Shown piece after piece: positions 20,202-31,352 of a DNA stretch of 59,774 nucleotides. The position numbers and the translations under genes are program-made. Positions within the stretch are counted from its first letter, which is position 1; every line of letters starts with the position of its first letter. The stretch is from contig CAVZPM010000008.1 in NCBI GenBank assembly GCA_963777155.1, positions 1-59,774 on the forward strand, read 5' to 3'. The notes under the pieces are model-generated. The model was not told where the DNA came from and ran no database searches. It was given only the letters and a program-made list of their open reading frames with translations. Source of the DNA: Candidatus Bathyarchaeota archaeon. Its GTDB lineage: Archaea > Thermoproteota > Bathyarchaeia > Bathyarchaeales > Bathycorpusculaceae.

Positions 20202-20408
20202 ATGGGATTTTTTGACTACTTCAATTTAAGTAAGCCTTGCGATGCTTGCGGTGACATGGTAGGCGGCGGCGTTAAATGGTGTCCTAAATGCCGAATCTGT
20301 TTTTGCCATCTCTGCCACTTCGACCTATTAATGCAACAAAGAAAAAAATACCCAAAAAGCTACGAGTTAGTTTGCCCCATATGCGGAAGACAATTCCAAT
20401 CTCCATAA
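20202..20408 (+). CDS. Small Cys-rich zinc-finger protein (C4C4 RING-like)
   Basis: CDAC-x10-CPKC-x4-CHLC-x19-CPIC. Confidence 0.7.
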   Translation: MGFFDYFNLSKPCDACGDMVGGGVKWCPKCRICFCHLCHFDLLMQQRKKYPKSYELVCPICGRQFQSP

Positions 20409-20528
20409 TAAACCTAAATCCCCACCTTCCGCCATAGAGGAGACTTATACTTTATTGAAATTATGGGCTTCTGATTATTAGAACGAATTGTTCTAACAAT
20501 TGGACTTATATTTACCCCGTAACCCTCT

Positions 20529-20996
20529 ATGGTGCTGAGGGTTACATGGTTGACTGGGGATAGCGAAACAGAGCTTGAATATTCGCTACGCGGCAAAGCC
20601 TGGAAGGTCTACTGGTTCCTGCTAAAAACAGGCAACCCGGTTGGCGTACGCGAAGTTCAGCGTGCCCTCCATTTTAGTAGTCCAAGTATTGCTTTTCACC
20701 ATCTTGAGCAACTGCGGGAACTGGGATTGGTTGAAAAGCAGGATGTCGGCGGTCACTACCTGCTGGTTGGGCAAGTAAAAATCGGTGTCCTAAGACATTA
20801 TGTGAAACTGGGCAAACTTTTGTTTCCACGATTCTTCTTCTACGCCCTGTTCTCAACCATGTTCTACGCAGCCTACCTGCTCATTATTGTTCATAGTTTG
20901 ACCCGTGACAACCTGTTCATTATCTCTTTTGGCGCTATCGTCTGCGCGATTTTTTGGTATGAGGCGTATCGTGTTTGGCAAATGAGGCCATTCTAA
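20529..20996 (+). CDS. Winged-helix protein with two C-terminal TM helices
   Basis: GVREVQRALHFSSPSIAFHHLEQLRELGLV HTH followed by hydrophobic segments. Confidence 0.8.
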   Translation: MVLRVTWLTGDSETELEYSLRGKAWKVYWFLLKTGNPVGVREVQRALHFSSPSIAFHHLEQLRELGLVEKQDVGGHYLLVGQVKIGVLRHYVKLGKLLFPRFFFYALFSTMFYAAYLLIIVHSLTRDNLFIISFGAIVCAIFWYEAYRVWQMRPF

Positions 20997-21072
20997 CTCT
21001 TAGAACAGCTTGTTCGTGTGCTTAGGATAAAATAAAAAGGTATGTATGGTATAGCAAGGAGAAAAGACATGT

Positions 21073-23086
21073 ATGGTTCAGAAAGAAGTTAAGAAAAAAA
21101 CGAGTATTTACGCAACTGCTGCAGTACTTTCAGCTATGGTGCTGATTTCTATGGTTTATGTTTTCGGCTCGACATCGCCGACACTTTTACCATTCGACCA
21201 GTTTACTGTTTCCGGTATGAAGACTTTTTCATCCACTGACGAACTAAAAAACTATCTAAACACTAATGCACCCAACAACTCTCCGAATATCTATTGGGGT
21301 CGTGAAGAAAGTTTTGGTTTGAATGGAGCGTTTGCACCGCAGGCAACGAGTGCTACTGGTGCATCAAAGGATTATTCTTCAACTAACATCCAAGTTGCAG
21401 GAGTAGACGAGGCTGACACGGTAAAAAATGACGGACAATACATCTACACCATATCCAACTCCCAAAGCAACGGCTACTATTACGATTATTATACGCCTTA
21501 CACAAACAACAACAATGTTTACATAATAAGCGCTGATCCTCAGGACGCTAAGGTTGTCTCCAAAATCACACTCGATGACAACTTGATGCCTGCTGGGCTG
21601 TTTCTTAGCTCGGACAGCAGTAGGCTTGTGGTTTTAGCGAGTAAGTATCAACCGTACTCTGACAGTTCACGTGACATGATAATTATGCCCTTCTACAGCG
21701 ATGTTTCAACATCCATCAACGTGTATGACATTTCAAACAAGGCTAACCCTGTTTTGGCAAGAAACTTTACTGTTAGCGGCAGCTACTTCAACTCGCGGAT
21801 GATAGGCAACTATGTTTATGCCGTAACCAGCCAAAATGCATACGTATACAACGACGTCGTGACGGTTCCGGCTGTCTACAGCGATGGAAAAGCGTATGGA
21901 GCTTCACCGACAAGCATCTATTACGCTGACATGAACCAGTCAAACTACTACTCCTTCACAAGCTTCTACGGCATCGACGTTGCGGATGACCAAAAACAGC
22001 CCACAAACATGACGGTGCTAATGAGTGGTGCAAGCACGATGTATGTTTCACTAGACAACATCTACGTTGCTTATCCAAACTGGTTTAACGGAACCGATGT
22101 TACATCGATCTACCGCGTGAAAATCGACGGCTTAAAATTAACTTTTGAAGCTCAAGGCGGCGTTCCAGGCAACATCATAAACCAGTATGCACTGGATGAA
22201 TACGGCGGCAACCTGCGAATAGCAACCAACCTGTGGAACGGACTCATCGCTGTACCTTTTGCCGATCAAAGCTCAACCCAGAACTCCCAATCAAACAATG
22301 TCTATGTACTCAACCAAGACCTGTCAATTGTAGGCAAACTGGAAGGCTTAGCGAAGGGCGAGAACCTCCATTCAGTGCGCTTCATGGGCGACAAATGCTA
22401 CCTTGTAACCTTCATCAAAACTGACCCATTATTCGTCATCGACCTCAGCCAGCCAACAAACCCCACAGTGCTAGGCGAACTTAAAATCCCAGGCTACAGC
22501 GATTACCTGCATCCCTATGACGAGAACTCATCTGATTGGCGTGGGCAAAGAAGCTGTCGACGCAGAAGGCCAAGATTTTGCATGGTACCAAGGCATAAAG
22601 CTTTCACTCTTTGACGTAAGCAGTGTAAGCAGTCCAGTGCAACTGGCAAACTTCACCATCGGCGACAGAGGCACAGATTCTCCTGTCTTAACTGATCCCA
22701 AGGCGTTCTTGTTTGACAAAACGAAGAGTCTGCTGGTTATTCCGGTCAGTTTGGCGTTGGTTGATAACTCTACGATTCAAGAACAGCTAAAGTATGGTCA
22801 ATCGGCAGCGTCTGCTTACGGCACAACGGTTTGGCAGGGTGCATACGTATTTAGCTTATCCACAACTGGTGGCTTCACACTTAGAGGAACAATAACCCAT
22901 CTGAACGCCGCGTTACTGAACAGCCAAGGACAATTGACTAACCCAAACGACTACTACAATACACAGAATAATTGGATTACAAGATCACTCTATATCGGCA
23001 ACACACTCTATACTATATCCAACGCAGAAGTGAAACTTAACAGCCTAACTGACCTATCGCAAATCGGACAAGTCAACCTTTCATAA
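21073..23086 (+). CDS. Secreted beta-propeller domain protein (Beta_propel family), one frameshift near 22525
   Basis: YSSTNIQVAGVDEADTVKNDG, DPLFVIDLS, GELKIPGYSDYLHP, GIKLSLFDVS. Confidence 0.88.
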
Positions 23087-23222
23087 TTTCTTTTCCTTTT
23101 TTTTAACGTATTAAAATCAATAAAAAAATAATACAACTCCTCTTATTGGAGCTTTTATTCAGCTTCATAGGTTCTTACATAGATATCCTATTACGTTTAA
23201 TTATGGTAGCTTGATATGGGTG

Positions 23223-24434
23223 TCAGGAAACTGTCTGGTTCCAATAATAAATAGTTGTATAATTCTTAAGCAAAGGAGCAATGAGTTCGGGTTCATCATA
23301 GAGAATGTCAAATCGATAACCATAGATGTCGGGGAGAATTTTGTTTGTATCATAATAGATTTTTTCTGATAAAGTATCGGGGGGTTTTAAACCCCAGATT
23401 GTGTCGCTGGTTCTGCGGAAGCCAAACCCATAATCCTTTGGCACGATGTAGGCTACTTCTGCCTTATTTGAGCCAAAACTAGATGGTTTAGTGTGAAGCG
23501 TATTCCAGAATCTTTGCAGTGCCTCAAAATGTTCCTCCTGTAAGATCCCGTATTGGTTGTTTATTGGATATGGTTTGTAGCTGAAGACAAACGCGTATTT
23601 TGCTCCAGAACTATAAGCCAACGCTAAGTCATTGTATAGTTCCGTGCCGTTTTCCAGGTAAGGATCTTGATTATATTTCCAGTTAACAATGACACCCCAA
23701 TCACTACCAAAAGCCTGAGCAGCCCCCCTGTTAAGCGCAACTATACGTTGTCTGCTTTCATTACCAACGAACTCCGCAAAGATTACGTTGTAATTAGACT
23801 TATAGTCAAACCAGTAAAGCCCATAGTCAGCGGTTGTCATATTAACGTGGCCATATTCCTGGTAGAATTTCACCATGAAGGATAAGTTGCCAACATAAGC
23901 ATTTGCTATATCAGAGTAGCTAGCCGTAGGTTCGATCACGGTTTTGTTAATTAGCTGAGAAGGCGTATTATCTATCTGGTTTCCTCCTGGTTCATCATAC
24001 TTGTAGATTCCAAAGAAACGGTCACCATATCTATCGTTTGATTCGAACATCCACTGTGCAATGTTATAGCTGTACTTGTCTCCACCTGTGAACAAAACTA
24101 TGAAGTTCAGTTTAGACTGATTATATATAATGTCGCATGCCTGGGTTAGAGCGGTTTGATTGAAGGTTAAGCTGACATCACCCATCACGAAGAGATTGGT
24201 GTAATCCTTAACTTTGTTCACCAAAGCTTCGATTTGAGCTAATTGAAATTCCGCAGTTTGATTATTCCCGTAAGCATATTCGACACCCACGTAGAATGGC
24301 TTAGCCGGTGTTTGGGCGGTGAATGCATTAATTGCTATAAACAAAGATATGACAATCAATGTGATGAAGATGAAGACTGTTAAGATGACGAGTTTATGGT
24401 TCAAGTCTGCCCAACCAATCGGTAGAATAATCAT
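23223..24434 (-). CDS. Membrane-anchored hypothetical protein, possibly TIM-barrel-like
   Basis: 403-aa ORF with N-terminal TM; YDEPGG, DYGLYWFDY motifs; function not recognised. Confidence 0.7.
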   Translation of the reverse strand: MIILPIGWADLNHKLVILTVFIFITLIVISLFIAINAFTAQTPAKPFYVGVEYAYGNNQTAEFQLAQIEALVNKVKDYTNLFVMGDVSLTFNQTALTQACDIIYNQSKLNFIVLFTGGDKYSYNIAQWMFESNDRYGDRFFGIYKYDEPGGNQIDNTPSQLINKTVIEPTASYSDIANAYVGNLSFMVKFYQEYGHVNMTTADYGLYWFDYKSNYNVIFAEFVGNESRQRIVALNRGAAQAFGSDWGVIVNWKYNQDPYLENGTELYNDLALAYSSGAKYAFVFSYKPYPINNQYGILQEEHFEALQRFWNTLHTKPSSFGSNKAEVAYIVPKDYGFGFRRTSDTIWGLKPPDTLSEKIYYDTNKILPDIYGYRFDILYDEPELIAPLLKNYTTIYYWNQTVS

Positions 24435-24591
24435 AGTTAAGAGTATTTAACATTTGAAGAAAGGCAACCGCAAACAAAATAGGAAAATTTTCTCTTTTCA
24501 GAAGGTTTACCTTTGGCATACGCCTACCAATTCACATTCAGCAGGAATATAGTCATTCATACTTTGGCAACAGCTTGAAATCGAAGTGACT

Positions 24592-24789
24592 TCACGTTTG
24601 CTGTTCTGTCCATTTCTCCACTATTAATTTGCCATCTCTTGGATTAAAATGAACTCTAACAGGGATTGATCCTTCGCATTTAAGCGGAAACATGCTGTCG
24701 TCCACAACGCGTACCGGCAAGTAGAGCAAGTATCTGTCATCTTTTCTCCTAAAGATTGTTCCCTTACCCTCGTTCCCCACAAGTTTCAC
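24592..24789 (-). CDS. Small hypothetical protein, possibly AbrB/MazE-like
   Basis: 65 aa; RYLLYLP...KLIVEK swapped-hairpin-like pattern. Confidence 0.55.
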   Translation of the reverse strand: MKLVGNEGKGTIFRRKDDRYLLYLPVRVVDDSMFPLKCEGSIPVRVHFNPRDGKLIVEKWTEQQT

Positions 24790-24872
24790 AACAAGTTAAC
24801 GATTTCTCGCTATATGCTTTTAAATCCTGCTGTTCAAAATACACAAAAAAGTCGTAGTATTTTAAATTGATT

Positions 24873-26555
24873 CTATATTTGAGATTTCTTCAGGAAATCC
24901 GTTGCGATGCCTAGATTTACTCTATAGACTATTATGCTGATGACTAAAGAGATGGTTCCGCTTACGGCGACGCTTATGGCAAGGTTAGAAGTATTGATGA
25001 CGCCACCGGTTAATAGAGACAACCCCACTGACAGAATCAACGGTGCTAACACCGCTGCTCCAACGATGGCGCCAACTACCAAACCTATCAATGACCATTC
25101 TTGACGGACCATTCTTGCTCTTCGTGTTTGTGAGAAATCTGGACCTTTGAAGCCGATTGCAAGTTCAACTATACCTACTGCCAATAATACAAAGAATCCT
25201 TCAAGTAAGGCAATGATTGCTCCTTGCAGGGTTGGTTGATAGAATATTACTCCAACGATTCCGCTTATTAACAGTATTATTGTTGAAAAGAGTGTCAAGA
25301 AGAATGTTTTGCTTTTAACGAGGCTCTTCGGGGAGATCGGTGAGGCGTAAATTCTCCAAACAGACTGGCCTTCTTCACCAATCATGACTTGGCCTATAAG
25401 CATAGCTGAGAATGCACCTGGTAAAAGAAAAATTATCCCTTCAAAAACCAAGGCGCCGACCCCCTGATCTGAACCGGTTACACCTAAAGACTGCATCAGA
25501 GGAAGAATAATCATGATTATGGGCACGATGAAAATACTTACCATTTCTCTCCTTCTAGTAAAAGCCCTAAAATCCTTGCGTATTATTGCTGCTTCACCTG
25601 AGGAAAAGCCTAGCTTTCCCAAGAGCCCGGTTTTAGGTGTGTAAACGCCGCCTTTTTGAATTGTAATCGCTGGGGGTTCGTAGAGTCCGAATCGTATGTT
25701 CAAGAATACTGCCAAGTAGTAAAATGCTGCAATGAACAAAGCTGAGAAAACAACGCAAAGTCCAGCTTGCAAGAATTGCGCAGTAAAAATGTAGCTTACT
25801 GCGAGAGCTACCCAGACAAATGGTACATACCACACAGTACTTTGGAAATTTGACAGTGAGGTGAAAAAAGTAATCGATCCAGACCCGTATATTACATAGA
25901 AATAAAGTACGTAAAATATGATGAAGAAAAACAATGTACCTGCAAGTCTTACCCAAATTGCTGCTTTGCCGCTCGATTTGTAAACTGCTCCAATAAAACG
26001 CATTTGCAGAAGCCTTAGAATTTCTGTTGTGACGCTGGCAAGAAAAGCAGCTGCAACCATCGCCACAAAAGCTAGTAGCCCTTGAAGAATTAACCCGTAG
26101 AACGCTGCAAAAACAATGGCTCCCGAGCCTACGCCAATGACAAACGCTATTGGTAACCCTAACAAATTAGATAGTATGGAAGCTAACGTTTGTTCTTGCC
26201 ATGTTATTGGTAACCAATACATAACTTGACCCGTCGACTTGATTCCAGCAATTTGGATTTGTTGGAGCAGAGTAAAAACGAAACTTAAAATCAAGATGAA
26301 TGTAGGCAATATGACGAAGATGCTTAATGTACCGTTTTTTAATGAGGGTAGGTTCGTGATGATGTCGCTTGAATAGGCTGAGGACACAATGAAGTTAGCG
26401 ACTAAACCGCCTAGTACACCGATTATTAGAGATACCCAGTAGGGCCAATAAGCTAAGAAACCGTTTTCTCTATACCTTGTAGCTTTAATTCCTCTGATTA
26501 ATCGACCAGATTTACGCTCAACTCGCAAGAGGAAAAGAACATTCTTCCAGTTCAT
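24873..26555 (-). CDS. ABC exporter permease (multi-TM)
   Basis: Overlaps the ATPase gene; LPI, KDFRAFTR, SPISPKSLVKSK patterns. Confidence 0.75.
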   Translation of the reverse strand: MNWKNVLFLLRVERKSGRLIRGIKATRYRENGFLAYWPYWVSLIIGVLGGLVANFIVSSAYSSDIITNLPSLKNGTLSIFVILPTFILILSFVFTLLQQIQIAGIKSTGQVMYWLPITWQEQTLASILSNLLGLPIAFVIGVGSGAIVFAAFYGLILQGLLAFVAMVAAAFLASVTTEILRLLQMRFIGAVYKSSGKAAIWVRLAGTLFFFIIFYVLYFYVIYGSGSITFFTSLSNFQSTVWYVPFVWVALAVSYIFTAQFLQAGLCVVFSALFIAAFYYLAVFLNIRFGLYEPPAITIQKGGVYTPKTGLLGKLGFSSGEAAIIRKDFRAFTRRREMVSIFIVPIIMIILPLMQSLGVTGSDQGVGALVFEGIIFLLPGAFSAMLIGQVMIGEEGQSVWRIYASPISPKSLVKSKTFFLTLFSTIILLISGIVGVIFYQPTLQGAIIALLEGFFVLLAVGIVELAIGFKGPDFSQTRRARMVRQEWSLIGLVVGAIVGAAVLAPLILSVGLSLLTGGVINTSNLAISVAVSGTISLVISIIVYRVNLGIATDFLKKSQI

Positions 26556-27325
26556 CGAAGTAGTTCCTCAACGACAGCTCGTAAATCTCCAGTGCCAGTT
26601 AACTTTAGGAAGATGTCTTCCAAACCGGAGTTTGGCATGCTTGCCCTACTTCTAAGCTCCTCCATTGTGCCCAACGCTAAAATGTTACCTTGGTACATGA
26701 TGGCTATTCTGTCACATAGCGCCTCAGCAATTTCCAACACATGCGTTGATAGGATGGTTGTGACACCCTGCGTTTTTAGTTCATGCAACAAATCCTTCAC
26801 TATCCTTGCACTTCTAGGGTCCAAGGCATTGAGAGGTTCATCAAGAATCAATAGTTTAGGTTTATGAAGGAATGCTGAAATCAGGCTGATTTTCTTTTTC
26901 ATACCGTCCGAGTAACTGTTAATCATGTCGCCTTCTCGTCCTTCCAGTTGCAGAGCCTTAAGGTATTCGGTTATGCGCTGCTGTTTCTCAGCGGTTGGCA
27001 CACCATATATGTCTGCAATGAAATCGAGGTATTCGATTCCAGTTAAGAACTCGTAAATGTTGGGTGATTCAGGAACATAGCCAACGTGTTGTTTAACCGC
27101 GACGGGGTCTTTTTGCACGTCGATACCTAAAACTTTGATTGCGCCTGCATTAGGTTGAACTAAGCCCATTAGAATTTTGAGGGTGGTGGATTTTCCTGAA
27201 CCGTTTGGTCCCAAAAGTGCAAAGATTTCGCCTGGTTCTATTGTTAAGTTCATATTGTTTACGGCTACTATTTCGTTGTAGCGTTTTGTTACACCTTGAA
27301 GGTCAACTGCGTAAGGACTGCTCAT
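26552..27325 (-). CDS. ABC transporter ATP-binding protein
   Basis: GPNGSGKS, YSDGM, ILDEP. Confidence 0.95.
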   Translation of the reverse strand: MSSPYAVDLQGVTKRYNEIVAVNNMNLTIEPGEIFALLGPNGSGKSTTLKILMGLVQPNAGAIKVLGIDVQKDPVAVKQHVGYVPESPNIYEFLTGIEYLDFIADIYGVPTAEKQQRITEYLKALQLEGREGDMINSYSDGMKKKISLISAFLHKPKLLILDEPLNALDPRSARIVKDLLHELKTQGVTTILSTHVLEIAEALCDRIAIMYQGNILALGTMEELRSRASMPNSGLEDIFLKLTGTGDLRAVVEELLR

Positions 27326-27457
27326 GCTTTCGATGACACCTCTTGCAATTAGAAAAGAGTCAGTATTTAAGGATAATGCGTTGAATTAGCTGTTACTGGA
27401 TTATTGAAAACCTGACCAAGCGAGTAAGAAGATAAAACCAATTGGCATTGATTTACT

Positions 27458-28168
27458 TCAAACAGTCATCTGATTCTTGCTAATTGGGGCACCGCATTTT
27501 TTACAAAATAACGCTTGCACTTTATTCTTTGTTCCGCAAGAATCGCAAGTAACCTCGGTGGGATTTTGGTTAATCTGTATTTTCTGTTGTATTTGCTTTC
27601 CGCATCCTTGGCAAAATATGGCGTCAAGGTCATTTTCATAATTGCAATATTTGCATCTAAAGATGGTCGCTTCTGACTCAATGACAACATTCATTTCCAT
27701 TTTTCCAAAAATCGAAAATTTATTCTTCAACATTTCTATTGAGGGCAATAAATCAATCAGCTGCTTAACCTGTTCTTTATTTGGCGAAAACTTCGATATA
27801 CATTCTTTGCTCAAGATTGTTAACTTTGATTTCTTTCCTAAAATCAACTTAACTTCTTCTATCTCGCTGTAAGTGTAGAAACAACTTTTCTTACTTAGCT
27901 TCATTTTCTCTTCTAATGTTAGTTCCTTTATTTGTGCTTCTATCATTTGAGTGTTTTTTCTTTTCTCATCCACATTCGTAATTGCTTCTGGTGCAACCCC
28001 GAAAAGAAATGAACGGCGCTCCGAAACGTCAGAGTCGAAACGACTGCTATGACCCATACAAACTATAACAATACGCTTGTCAGTGAAGTAAACATCATAT
28101 CTAGTAGTAACATCAAGTGGTAACAGAAGATCCTCAAGAATTCCCAGTTGCCTTTCCGAAACAAACAT
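27458..28168 (-). CDS. Double zinc-ribbon domain protein
   Basis: CKYC...FCQGCG...CDSCG...FCKKCG. Confidence 0.8.
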   Translation of the reverse strand: MFVSERQLGILEDLLLPLDVTTRYDVYFTDKRIVIVCMGHSSRFDSDVSERRSFLFGVAPEAITNVDEKRKNTQMIEAQIKELTLEEKMKLSKKSCFYTYSEIEEVKLILGKKSKLTILSKECISKFSPNKEQVKQLIDLLPSIEMLKNKFSIFGKMEMNVVIESEATIFRCKYCNYENDLDAIFCQGCGKQIQQKIQINQNPTEVTCDSCGTKNKVQALFCKKCGAPISKNQMTV

Positions 28169-28360
28169 ACCACAAACCCAAGAAGCATATTTGATTGCTT
28201 AATTCTTAAGCCTTTTTATGATCTTAGGATTCTCTCTAATTTGAGGCTAAATAAGAAAAAACACGCATATTCCTACTCATTGAAAACGTTTGTTCTTGTT
28301 CGCCAATTAACTAGCACTTAATAAAAATAAAAAAAGATTAATCCGCCAAAAAGCGGTTAT

Positions 28361-28799
28361 TTACTTAAAATTCAGTTCGAAGCTTATTGGAACAGCTTCG
28401 CCCCATGACTGACGAATTGGGCAAATCTTCTGTGCCATTCCGTAAACTGTGGTGGCTTTTTTGCGTTCGCGTTCATTATCGTTTTCTAATGCTACGTTCA
28501 TGTTGAAGTGGACGTTTGTGAAAATCAGTTTCTCCATGCCTTCCACGTTCATTTTAACGTTGGCGATGGTTTCCAGGTTTTTAAGTCCCAGCTGGCTGTT
28601 CTTGGCAATTAACAGAAACAGATGTGTTAATGCATGATGCTAGCGCAGCGGCGAATATGTCTTCGGGAACACAGTAGCCTTCTTTTCCTCCAAACGATGG
28701 TGGTGGACTAACGGTGACGAGTTTTTTTCCTTTAATTGAGAGTTCGCATTCGGTTGCGCCTTTCCATGTGGCGGTTCCTTCAAAATTCATTTCAGGCAT
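28361..28799 (-). CDS. OsmC family protein (frameshifted)
   Basis: PPPSFGG, PEDIFAAALASC, C-terminal KICPI. Confidence 0.8.
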
Positions 28800-28853
28800 T
28801 TAAAAATCTCCAATAAGGTATTGTAAAGGCGGAAATTTAATGTTACGGATTTT

Positions 28854-29081
28854 CTATTTTAGTTTTCCCCCAATTGATTCTTCTGAAGAATATGCATATG
28901 GACCACCAACTTTTGGCAGCATCATCACGCATTGAGCAAAACAGAGTGCGATTACGATTGCGATTATCCCTGCGACTATCCACACTACAAGGCTGAAGGG
29001 ACCGAGGAACCCTGCACCAAACGATGAAGCCACATAGATGTCAGCTCCTATTATAGAAAAGAGGTTTTTCTTTGCAGTCAA
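28854..29081 (-). pseudogene. Truncated amino-acid permease (APC family) N-terminal fragment
   Basis: SIIGADIY...LGP...ALCFAQ...PKVGGPYAY, then abrupt end. Confidence 0.7.
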
Positions 29082-29132
29082 ATAACCTTAAATCTATCTG
29101 AAGTTTCATTGCTAAAAAGAGAATAGCGAACA

Positions 29133-30122
29133 ATGCCCAACATAATCGAAACTCACCAATTAACAAAAACTTACAACTCGTTAAAAGCAGTCGATAGCTT
29201 AGACATAACTGTTGAGTCAGGCGAGATTTTCGGATTGCTGGGACCAAACGGCGCAGGCAAAACAACAGCTATCTCCATGCTCTGCACGATTCTTAAGCCA
29301 ACCTCTGGGTCAGCAACTGTTAGCGGCTTCGATATTGTTCGTGAAGCCAATAAAGTGCGTCGGTCAATTGGAATTGTGTTTCAAGATCCCAGTATTGATG
29401 ACCGTTTAACAGGCAGAGAAAACCTCTTCATGCACGCAAATCTCTATGGTGTTCCCGCGTCAGAGCAGAAGGAACGCATAAACCGTATTCTTAAACTCGT
29501 AGAATTGGATGATAGAGCAGATGATTTACTCCGTACCTATTCGGGAGGCATGCGCCGCAGGCTGGAGCTTGGACGCGGCTTAATCCATTATCCCAAAGTG
29601 CTTTTTCTCGATGAGCCAACCGTGGGTTTGGACCCTCAGACTCGAGATCATATCTGGAATTACATAAAAGAACTCAAAGAAGCCCATGACATCACTGTGG
29701 TCTTAACGACCCATTATATGGATGAAGCTGACCGGCTTTCAGACCGCATAGCCATCATGGACCACGGCAAAATCGTAATCTTGGATTCGCCTTCAAAACT
29801 CAAAGAAACCCTTGAAGGCGATGTAGTAGTTGTCAGAGCTAACAATATTCAAGCTTTATCGGAGCTGGTCCATAAATGGTTAGGGCTAAATCAAACAAAC
29901 GTAGTCGACTGTGCCTTAGAGATTACGGTACGCAATGGAAAAACAGTGATGCCCCGCATCATGGAGTTGGCAACCCAAAACAACATTTACGTTGAATCCT
30001 TGCTTTTGCGCCAACCCAACCTTGAAGACGTTTTTCTGCATTACACAGGCAAATCGATTAGGCAGGATACAAGCCGAGAACTACATGGAATGTCTGCGAT
30101 TCAGCGGAGAGCGATAAAATGA
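29133..30122 (+). CDS. ABC transporter ATP-binding protein (DrrA-like)
   Basis: GPNGAGKT, YSGGM, FLDEPTVGLD, TTHYMDEA. Confidence 0.95.
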   Translation: MPNIIETHQLTKTYNSLKAVDSLDITVESGEIFGLLGPNGAGKTTAISMLCTILKPTSGSATVSGFDIVREANKVRRSIGIVFQDPSIDDRLTGRENLFMHANLYGVPASEQKERINRILKLVELDDRADDLLRTYSGGMRRRLELGRGLIHYPKVLFLDEPTVGLDPQTRDHIWNYIKELKEAHDITVVLTTHYMDEADRLSDRIAIMDHGKIVILDSPSKLKETLEGDVVVVRANNIQALSELVHKWLGLNQTNVVDCALEITVRNGKTVMPRIMELATQNNIYVESLLLRQPNLEDVFLHYTGKSIRQDTSRELHGMSAIQRRAIK

Positions 30123-30892
30123 GTGAAATTCGCGGAGTCTACACTCTCTGGCTACGGGAACTCAAGCGGTTTAAGCGGGATAGGACAAGGCTGGTTAGCA
30201 TGTTTATTCAACCGTTGCTTTGGCTTGTAATCTTCGGTGCTGGATTTGGTTTGCGTTTTACCATTCCGGGCTTAAGCTACCAGCAAGTGATTTTTCCAGG
30301 AATTATTGCTCAAACACTGCTTTTTACTTCAATGTTTATGGGCATAAGCGTGATTTGGGATAAAGAATTTGGTTTTATGAAAGAAATCCTTGTTTCCCCT
30401 ATATCTCGTTTCAGCATTTTCATGGGAAAAATGTTCGGCGATAGCTCATCTGCTTTTCTTCAAGGCATAATAGTTTTTTTCGTTGGAATTGCCCTAGGTA
30501 TATCCGTTGATCCCCTAACTTTTCTGTATGCTCTGCCGATTATGATTCTAATAACGTTTGGTTTAGTCAGTATTGGATTAACCATAGCCAGCTTCATGGG
30601 TAGCCTTGAAAGTTTTGGAGCAATCCAGACCTTCATCAACTTGCCTTTGTTCTTTTTAAGCGGCGCATTGTTCCCTCTGAAGGGACCAGGAATCAACCTT
30701 CCCAGTTGGTTAACTGCTGCAGCCGCATGGAACCCCTTAACTTACGGGGTTGATGCTTTAAGAAGTGTAATTTTAGGCACAGCTTGGACGCCTCTTCAGA
30801 TTCAACCCTTATGGATAGACATAGGCATCATATCATTGTTTGATGGGATAATGATTGTAATTGGAACTTGGGCATTTAGCAGAATGAAATAA
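30119..30892 (+). CDS. ABC-2 permease (DrrB-like)
   Basis: DKEFGFMKEILVSP, FFLSGALFP, NPLTYGVDALR. Confidence 0.92.
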   Translation: MSEIRGVYTLWLRELKRFKRDRTRLVSMFIQPLLWLVIFGAGFGLRFTIPGLSYQQVIFPGIIAQTLLFTSMFMGISVIWDKEFGFMKEILVSPISRFSIFMGKMFGDSSSAFLQGIIVFFVGIALGISVDPLTFLYALPIMILITFGLVSIGLTIASFMGSLESFGAIQTFINLPLFFLSGALFPLKGPGINLPSWLTAAAAWNPLTYGVDALRSVILGTAWTPLQIQPLWIDIGIISLFDGIMIVIGTWAFSRMK

Positions 30893-30964
30893 AATGCGCG
30901 AAAAGTAGGTGCTCTAATGCAACACTTAGCCGTCTTTAACGGTAAAAGGAAAAGGAATTAAAAA

Positions 30965-31249
30965 TTACTTGTTGGTCATTTCGTTGATTTGTTGTTCCAT
31001 CGCGTGTCCACGGCAGAAAACCACTGCTTTATTTACGCCTGGAACAGATTTCGCTGCGTCACGGATGTCTGCTGAAAGTTTAAAGGCGATGGGGCAAAAC
31101 GGGCTTGTTGGAACAAATTCTACGGTGACTGTTCCTGGAGGGGCTTCTTTTACGCTTTGAATCATCTGCATTTCTTCGAAGGATTGTCCAGTTTCAGGGT
31201 CTTGCACTTTGCCTACTTCTACGCGGACTTTATCTTCAAGTTCAGTCAT
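30965..31249 (-). CDS. DUF59/MIP18 Fe-S cluster assembly family protein
   Basis: VQDPETG, PTSPFCP; start taken at MTELEDK. Confidence 0.85.
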   Translation of the reverse strand: MTELEDKVRVEVGKVQDPETGQSFEEMQMIQSVKEAPPGTVTVEFVPTSPFCPIAFKLSADIRDAAKSVPGVNKAVVFCRGHAMEQQINEMTNK

Positions 31250-31352
31250 TTTTTTAAACCTCGCAATACGTGAAAGAATAAGAAGTGGAAAAAGCATATA
31301 AACCGATTGATTAAAGCCAAATTGATCAGAGTATTTGAGAAGCGTTGGTTTA

